Source: Lysobacterales bacterium
GTDB lineage: Bacteria; Pseudomonadota; Gammaproteobacteria; Xanthomonadales; SZUA-38
Assembly: GCA_030065125.1 (NCBI GenBank)
Contig: JASJDM010000006.1
Span: 1-64,000, forward strand
Reading direction: 5' to 3'
Length of the DNA: 64,000 bases
The notes below the pieces were generated by a model. That model saw nothing but the letters and a program-made list of their open reading frames with translations, did no database searches and was not told where the DNA came from. This document shows positions 59,079 through 64,000 of the stretch, in pieces; position 1 is the stretch's first letter; every line of letters begins with the position of its first letter. Position numbers and translations under genes: made by a program.

Positions 59079-59675
59079 TCAGTGGGTATGCAGCGGTTTG
59101 ACTTCCGAAGCCCGGCAGATTTCCTGGTAGAAGTCGAGGTAGCGGCGCCGCAATTTGTCAGCGAACGGGTTCGCGCGCTTTTCAGCATCCACGTCCAGGC
59201 TTTCCCAGTCTTCTTCGGTCAGGTGCGCCTCGGCCAGACGATACAGGCCGGACTCTTCCCGGGCGATGTGTAAACGCTGACCGCGCACGTACTCGTGGCA
59301 GGCTTCACCCAGCTCTTCCTGACTGACCAGACTGCCGTTGACCACCGCACGCAGCATGTCCAGCAGCTTCAGACTGCGCTGGCCGTTGATCCGATGTTCT
59401 TCGCGTAACTGCTCGATCAATTCGCTGGGCTGCTCCAGGCGCTGGCAGATGCGCGCAAACATCAGCTCTTCACGGGGATGGTGGAAAAGGTCGGGGTGAT
59501 GGGTCATGTAAAGCAGTATGTCCAGCATGACCGGGTACTGCGGTTCTTCACCCTGCTCCATGCGGCGCTCCTCCCGGGACAGGAGCCCGAGAAGCTGGAT
59601 CATTTCTTCGTGTTCTTCCCGCAGTTGCTGTACGAAATGGCGCAACGCTTTTCTCAAAAAATGCCTGTTTTTCAA
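59079..59675 (-). CDS. hemerythrin HHE cation-binding domain protein
   Basis: 198 aa with repeated H..E..H motifs (LREEHEEMIQLL, HHPDLFHHPREE, LREEHRI). TTG start. Confidence 0.65.
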   Translation of the reverse strand: MKNRHFLRKALRHFVQQLREEHEEMIQLLGLLSREERRMEQGEEPQYPVMLDILLYMTHHPDLFHHPREELMFARICQRLEQPSELIEQLREEHRINGQRSLKLLDMLRAVVNGSLVSQEELGEACHEYVRGQRLHIAREESGLYRLAEAHLTEEDWESLDVDAEKRANPFADKLRRRYLDFYQEICRASEVKPLHTH

Positions 59676-59967
59676 GCATTTTGAGTCTAACGCCGCACCC
59701 CTGGACCCGCATCAGTAGATACCGAGGCCCGGCCGCCGTCCGGCATAACCAGGGCCACAACCAGGCCATCGACACCCACGATTCGCGGGTGTTCAGGCCT
59801 TGCAGGAGCATGGTATTCCGGCTGGGCTGGATACGCCGCGTGCCTGAGTTGTGCAAGAAGGTGGGCGGCCCGTCGTCATCCTGCTGTCACACTGCCCGGC
59901 TAATCTTTGCCCATTGTTAAGGCCCCTCTCCCTCCCCACGTTCTCTTGACACGAGGGGCGATCGCTC

Positions 59968-60000
59968 AGCCGGCTTCGCGTTGAAACCGGCTTTTTTTTT
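59968..60000 (+). terminator. orphan rho-independent terminator in a divergent intergenic region (candidate 3' end of an sRNA)
   Basis: Stem AGCCGG / CCGGCT with a 13-nt loop followed by T9. No annotated + strand gene lies upstream within about 900 bp. Confidence 0.5.
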
Positions 60001-60081
60001 GCGCTGAAGTTAAGATACCCGACATGGCCCCACCGCAGTTCAACGCCGGCGACCCTGCCGCGCATCCGGCCGGATAGGCCC

Positions 60082-61002
60082 ATGGCCCTGGCCTTCCATC
60101 GCGAGGAAAGCGCGGGCTCGGGCCTGCGGCGCATGGCTACAGAACTGCTGGATGACGCCCGTTTCCGACTGGCGCACTTCAGCAAACCCGACAAGGACAT
60201 TCACGAAACCCGCAAGAACGTCAAAAAGCTGCGGGCGATTCTTCGGCTGGGCCGATTTGGCCTGGGAGACCTGGTGTACCGGCGGGACAATGAATTCCTG
60301 CGGGACCTCAACCGCACCCTGGCCCTGATGCGCGAGGCATTTGTGCATATCAAGCTGCTCAATGCCATGCAGCAGCAATTCGAGCAACTGCACGAAGCCG
60401 ACATTGCGGTGCTGAAGGAAGAGCTGGAGCAGGAGCACCAGCAGGCCATCAGTGACTACCGCGACTCACCGGACCGGCAGGACGCCCTGGCGCGGCTGGA
60501 CGTGATGCTGGCCGCGGTGTCCCGCTGGCCGGAATTCGACCGGCCGCGGGAGGTGCTTCGCTGCGGTCTGGAGGCCATTTACGGCCGCGGCAGGGAAGAA
60601 CTGGCGCAGCTGCAGCACCAGGTCAGCGACGAGCATTTTCATGACTGGCGCAAGCGGGTGAAATACCTCTGGTACCACCTGCGCATGATGGCTCCCGCCT
60701 GGCCCCAGGGCATCCGCAGCCAGGCCGCCATCCTGTCGGAGCTGGCTGAACTGCTGGGGGATGATCACGACCTGGCGGTGTTCCACCAGGAGATCCTGCA
60801 CGGTGACATCCCGCTGAAGCCCGCCCAGCGCAAGGCCCTGATCAACGGCCTGGTTGACCGCCGGCGGGATTTCGCGTTCCAGGCCATTGAGGTCGGAAAG
60901 CGGCTGTACGTTGAGTCACCCGAGGCTTTTTCCCAGAGGATCATGGCCTACTGGGACCAGTGGCAGCAGGGAGTCTCGGTCCAGGTGTCTGCGGGCAGCT
61001 GA
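60082..61002 (+). CDS. CHAD domain protein (polyphosphate-associated)
   Basis: 306 aa, all alpha-helical. Conserved His/Arg/Lys-rich helix HETRKNVKKLRAILRL typical of CHAD. Confidence 0.65.
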   Translation: MALAFHREESAGSGLRRMATELLDDARFRLAHFSKPDKDIHETRKNVKKLRAILRLGRFGLGDLVYRRDNEFLRDLNRTLALMREAFVHIKLLNAMQQQFEQLHEADIAVLKEELEQEHQQAISDYRDSPDRQDALARLDVMLAAVSRWPEFDRPREVLRCGLEAIYGRGREELAQLQHQVSDEHFHDWRKRVKYLWYHLRMMAPAWPQGIRSQAAILSELAELLGDDHDLAVFHQEILHGDIPLKPAQRKALINGLVDRRRDFAFQAIEVGKRLYVESPEAFSQRIMAYWDQWQQGVSVQVSAGS

Positions 61003-61073
61003 TCGTTTGCCCCACCAGGAACTCCCGGCCGGCAAAACAATCCAATGCAGGAGCTCCAAGGAAAATCGCAGCA

Positions 61074-62522
61074 ATGACAAAACGGATGACTTTTTGGTTC
61101 ACTGGACTGGTACTGCTGGGTCTGTCCGGCCAGGCCGCGGCACTGATGTCCGAGGAAGCGGAAATCAAGCTGGGCAAGGAACTCCATCCCAGGATCCTGG
61201 CCGAGGTTGGCCCCTACCCCGATCCGGAGCTGCAGGAGTACATCAACCGCATCGGCCAGGAGCTGGCCGCCATCAGCGATCGGCCCGACCTGGAATACCA
61301 TTTCACGGTGCTGGACGATGACCTGGTCAACGCCTTTGCGCTGCCCGGGGGCTACATCTACATCACCCGCGGCATGTTGGCCCACCTGAACTCCGAGGCG
61401 GAGCTGGCGGCCGTCCTGGGCCACGAAATCGGGCACGTCACCGCCCGCCACTCGGTCAAGCGCGACAGCCAGCAAAAGCTGCTGGGCGCCCTGGCCGCCA
61501 TTACCTCCATCGCCGCCAAGAGCACCCTGGCGGGTGAAGCCACCAACATGGTCGGGCAGGTCATGGTGACGGGATACGGTCGCGATCAGGAACTGGAAGC
61601 CGATGAGCTGGGCGCCAAGTTCATGGCCAAGGCCGGTTACGAAACCAACGCGGTTACCGCCACCGTGGCCCTGCTGAAGCAGCGCGAACAGTTCGAACGG
61701 GAGCGCGCCCGGGCCGAAGATCGCGAACCCCGGATCCCCCACGGTTCCTACCGCACCCACCCCGACAACGACAAGCGATTCAGAGAGGCGGTCAAGGCGG
61801 CCCAGGCCTACACGCCCGACCTGGCCAAGCTCCGCCCGGACAACTCGGCCAAGTTTCTGAACATGATTGACGGCATTGCCTTTGGTCCCAAGCGGACCCC
61901 GGGCACCCTGCGCAGCAACTATTTCTACAACGCCAAGTACGGTATCAAGATGAAGTTCCCCGAGAACTGGCGGGTGGAAGGGTCAGCTTCGCGACTGCAG
62001 GCCATCTCGGATAACAACGACGCGGCCCTGGAAGTCTCGGTGGTGGTGCCCGGGCGCACCATGACCGCGGCCGACGTGCTGATGAAGAAATTCGCGCAGA
62101 ACAAGCTGAAGGACGGCAAAGACATCACCATTGCCGGCATGAGAGCCCATATCGCCACGGTGGACCGGTACTCCGGGGGTCCCTACGGCGCCCGCCCGGC
62201 TCGCATGGCCGCCATCCTGGACAACCGGGTCCGACGGGCCTACGTGTTTGCAGGCACCGGCAAACGCGACCTGAGCCGCATCGCCGCTGACGGGGACTTC
62301 ATCGGCGCCATCTTCAGCTTTGGCCGCATGACCGCCGCCGACCGCACCCTGGCGGAGGCACCCCGCCTCAAGATTATCCAGGCTGAACCCGACACCACCT
62401 ACGAGATCCTGGCCAGGACCTCAGCGGTGCCCACCTATGCCGAACAGAATATTCGCCTGCTCAACGGCGTCTATCCGACGGGCCAGCCCCGTCCGGGAGA
62501 TCTGATCAAGACCGTGGATTAA
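61074..62522 (+). CDS. secreted M48 family zinc metallopeptidase
   Basis: Signal peptide MTKRMTFWFTGLVLLGLSGQAAA. HEIGHVTARH HExxH motif. Downstream Glu. Start chosen at the internal Met because the upstream extension to 60960 overlaps the CHAD gene. Confidence 0.85.
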   Translation: MTKRMTFWFTGLVLLGLSGQAAALMSEEAEIKLGKELHPRILAEVGPYPDPELQEYINRIGQELAAISDRPDLEYHFTVLDDDLVNAFALPGGYIYITRGMLAHLNSEAELAAVLGHEIGHVTARHSVKRDSQQKLLGALAAITSIAAKSTLAGEATNMVGQVMVTGYGRDQELEADELGAKFMAKAGYETNAVTATVALLKQREQFERERARAEDREPRIPHGSYRTHPDNDKRFREAVKAAQAYTPDLAKLRPDNSAKFLNMIDGIAFGPKRTPGTLRSNYFYNAKYGIKMKFPENWRVEGSASRLQAISDNNDAALEVSVVVPGRTMTAADVLMKKFAQNKLKDGKDITIAGMRAHIATVDRYSGGPYGARPARMAAILDNRVRRAYVFAGTGKRDLSRIAADGDFIGAIFSFGRMTAADRTLAEAPRLKIIQAEPDTTYEILARTSAVPTYAEQNIRLLNGVYPTGQPRPGDLIKTVD

Positions 62523-62715
62523 AAAGCTGCCGGTCCGGTTTTCCCGAAAAACCCCAGCGTTTTCAACAATGCTGGAAGCCTTGTTAATACAAGGCCTTAT
62601 GTCATGGAACTGCAACATTCAATGCCTGCTGAAAAACCGCACATTTCTCGCGCGCGCAGGCGTTAAAAACTCGTTATACTCCCGGCACATTCACGCGGAC
62701 TGGGAGACCCACGAA

Positions 62716-64000
62716 TGACCTTTTTCCTGCGCGTTCAGCGCCCCGCTTTGAGATCCACCCTCATACTCAGCACCCTGCTTCTGCTGCTGTCAGCAACAGG
62801 CAGCTGGGCTCAGCAAACCACTGCGAATATTCGCGTTGCCCTGGTCAATTCGGGCGGTAACCCGGTCAGCGGCGTGGCCGTCCGGATTACCCACCTGCCT
62901 ACTGCCAGGGGACAAACCATCACCTCCAACGCCTCCGGACTGGCCACGGCCGGCGGACTGGTGGTCGGTGGCCCGTACCGGGTTGAACTGGTCAGCGGCT
63001 CCGACTTCCAGGCTGACCCCGTGGAAAACATTTTCCTGGAGCTGGGCCGAACCCGGGTGGTGGATATGATCCTGGTGCCTGCCGCCAGCATTGAAGAGGT
63101 CCTGGTCACCGCCAAGATACTGACCCAGAAGCTGCGCGCCGGCGTCGGCCGCGATTTCGCGTCGGACCGCATCGAAGAGATTCCGTCAATTTCGCGAGAC
63201 TTCGTCAGCACCATCGCCACAGACCCCAAGGTCCTGGTGGACAACAGCGTGGCCCGGGGACCCGCGGTATCCATGGCAGGTCAGAACTTCCGCTTTAACA
63301 GCGTGACCATCGACGGTGTGGCCCAGAACGACAACTTCGGCCTGTCCAAGAACGCCTCGGCCACCCAGCGTTCACCCATTTCCATCGACGCTGTGGAAGC
63401 CGTCAACGTCAACCTGGCGCCCTACGACGTCACCTACGGCAACTTCGTCGGCGGCAACATCAACATCGTCACCAAGTCGGGCACCAACGAGTTCCACGGC
63501 AGCATCTTCGGCTTCACCACCAGCGACAGCCTCACCGGCGACGAGACCGAAGACGTGCCTGACCTGGGCATCGGCGACTTCGACGAAGACGTTTACGGTT
63601 TCAACCTGGGTGGGCCCATCATCGAAGACAAGCTGTTTTTCTTCGTCAACTATGAAAAGTTTGAAACCACCCTGCCCTCCAACACCCAGACCATCGACAA
63701 CATCGCAGGTGTGGAACAGGCCGATGTGGACGAGGCCATCGAGATCTTCAACACGGTCTACGGTTTCGATCCCGGCCGCTTCGCCGACACCGACGTGGAC
63801 GAAGACGAGAAGCTCCTGATCAAGCTGGACTGGAACATCAACGACGACCATCGCGCCGTGGCCAGCTACCAGCGCGCCGACGGTGACGTGCTGTTTGACG
63901 ATTTCCCGGAAATCGCGGCGCTGCAGTCCAACCGCTACAACATCAACGAAAAGCTGGACGCTTACTCGGTGCAGCTGTTTTCCAACTGGACCAACAACCT
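62716..64000 (+). CDS. TonB-dependent receptor (5' partial, continues beyond the window) with an N-terminal carboxypeptidase-regulatory-like domain
   Basis: ATG at 62716. Signal peptide LILSTLLLLLSATGSWAQQ. The frame stays open to the window end. Plug-domain motifs (FRFNSVTIDGV ... GGNINIVTKSGTNEFHGS). Confidence 0.75.

Noticed and set aside
60960-61073. 38-codon N-terminal extension of the M48 peptidase overlapping the end of the CHAD gene
   Set aside because: The internal Met at 61074 is followed by a canonical signal peptide. The extension is probably open frame only.
1-64000. Search for tRNA/rRNA genes, transposases, integrases, phage genes and CRISPR arrays
   Set aside because: None found. 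Intergenic regions are short and none shows tRNA-like T-arm or anticodon-arm signatures or IS terminal inverted repeats.

Overview
The window is a 64-kb, roughly 65% GC chromosomal segment of proteobacterial type (most likely a gammaproteobacterium). It is densely packed with protein-coding genes and contains no rRNA, tRNA or CRISPR arrays, and no recognisable transposase, integrase or phage genes. In order along the window:

- a small ribbon-helix-helix-like protein and a flotillin-like SPFH membrane protein
- a His-rich cation diffusion facilitator (CDF) transporter and a DUF1801 protein
- a cyanophycin island: cyanophycinase cphB, the full-length synthetase cphA, and a truncated cphA2-like gene that has the N-terminal and Mur-ligase-like domains but no ATP-grasp domain
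- a deoxynucleoside kinase, recQ, and a lipoprotein-type SDR
- the complete Na+-translocating NADH:quinone reductase operon nqrABCDEF-apbE-nqrM, directly followed by a CBS-pair protein and a monofunctional proline dehydrogenase
- yajQ, an acidic hypothetical, a secreted BNR/sialidase-like protein and an NTF2-like protein
- a heavy-metal RND efflux operon (small Cys/His-rich periplasmic protein, then outer-membrane factor, membrane-fusion protein and CusA/CzcA-type pump) with a cop/cus-box-like palindrome upstream
- a compact five-gene operon: SAM methyltransferase, GNAT, DUF169, FAD monooxygenase and MFS transporter
- a secreted beta-lactamase-fold hydrolase downstream of the first of two paralogous ~1,100-aa VPS10/sortilin-like BNR-repeat proteins
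- two tandem, paralogous small membrane proteins of unknown family sharing a CSCGR motif, each with its own expression signals and structured leaders
- an enoyl-CoA hydratase and a YugP-like Zn peptidase
- a LemA-DUF2207 pair next to a secreted lamin-tail-domain protein
- a cold-shock protein plus a small RRM protein
- the second VPS10 paralog, co-oriented with a TauE/SafE permease and a REC-PAS-GGDEF-EAL regulator, followed on the same strand by an HDOD histidine kinase and a membrane GGDEF protein
- an MFS transporter, a hemerythrin-like protein, a CHAD protein, a secreted M48 metallopeptidase, and the 5' part of a TonB-dependent receptor

The most novel-looking element is the pair of CSCGR small membrane proteins. 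Next in interest are the VPS10-like paralogs in their operon contexts, the five-gene methyltransferase-to-MFS operon, and an orphan intrinsic terminator that may mark an sRNA. The long antisense ORFs in the six-frame track are treated as high-GC artefacts.
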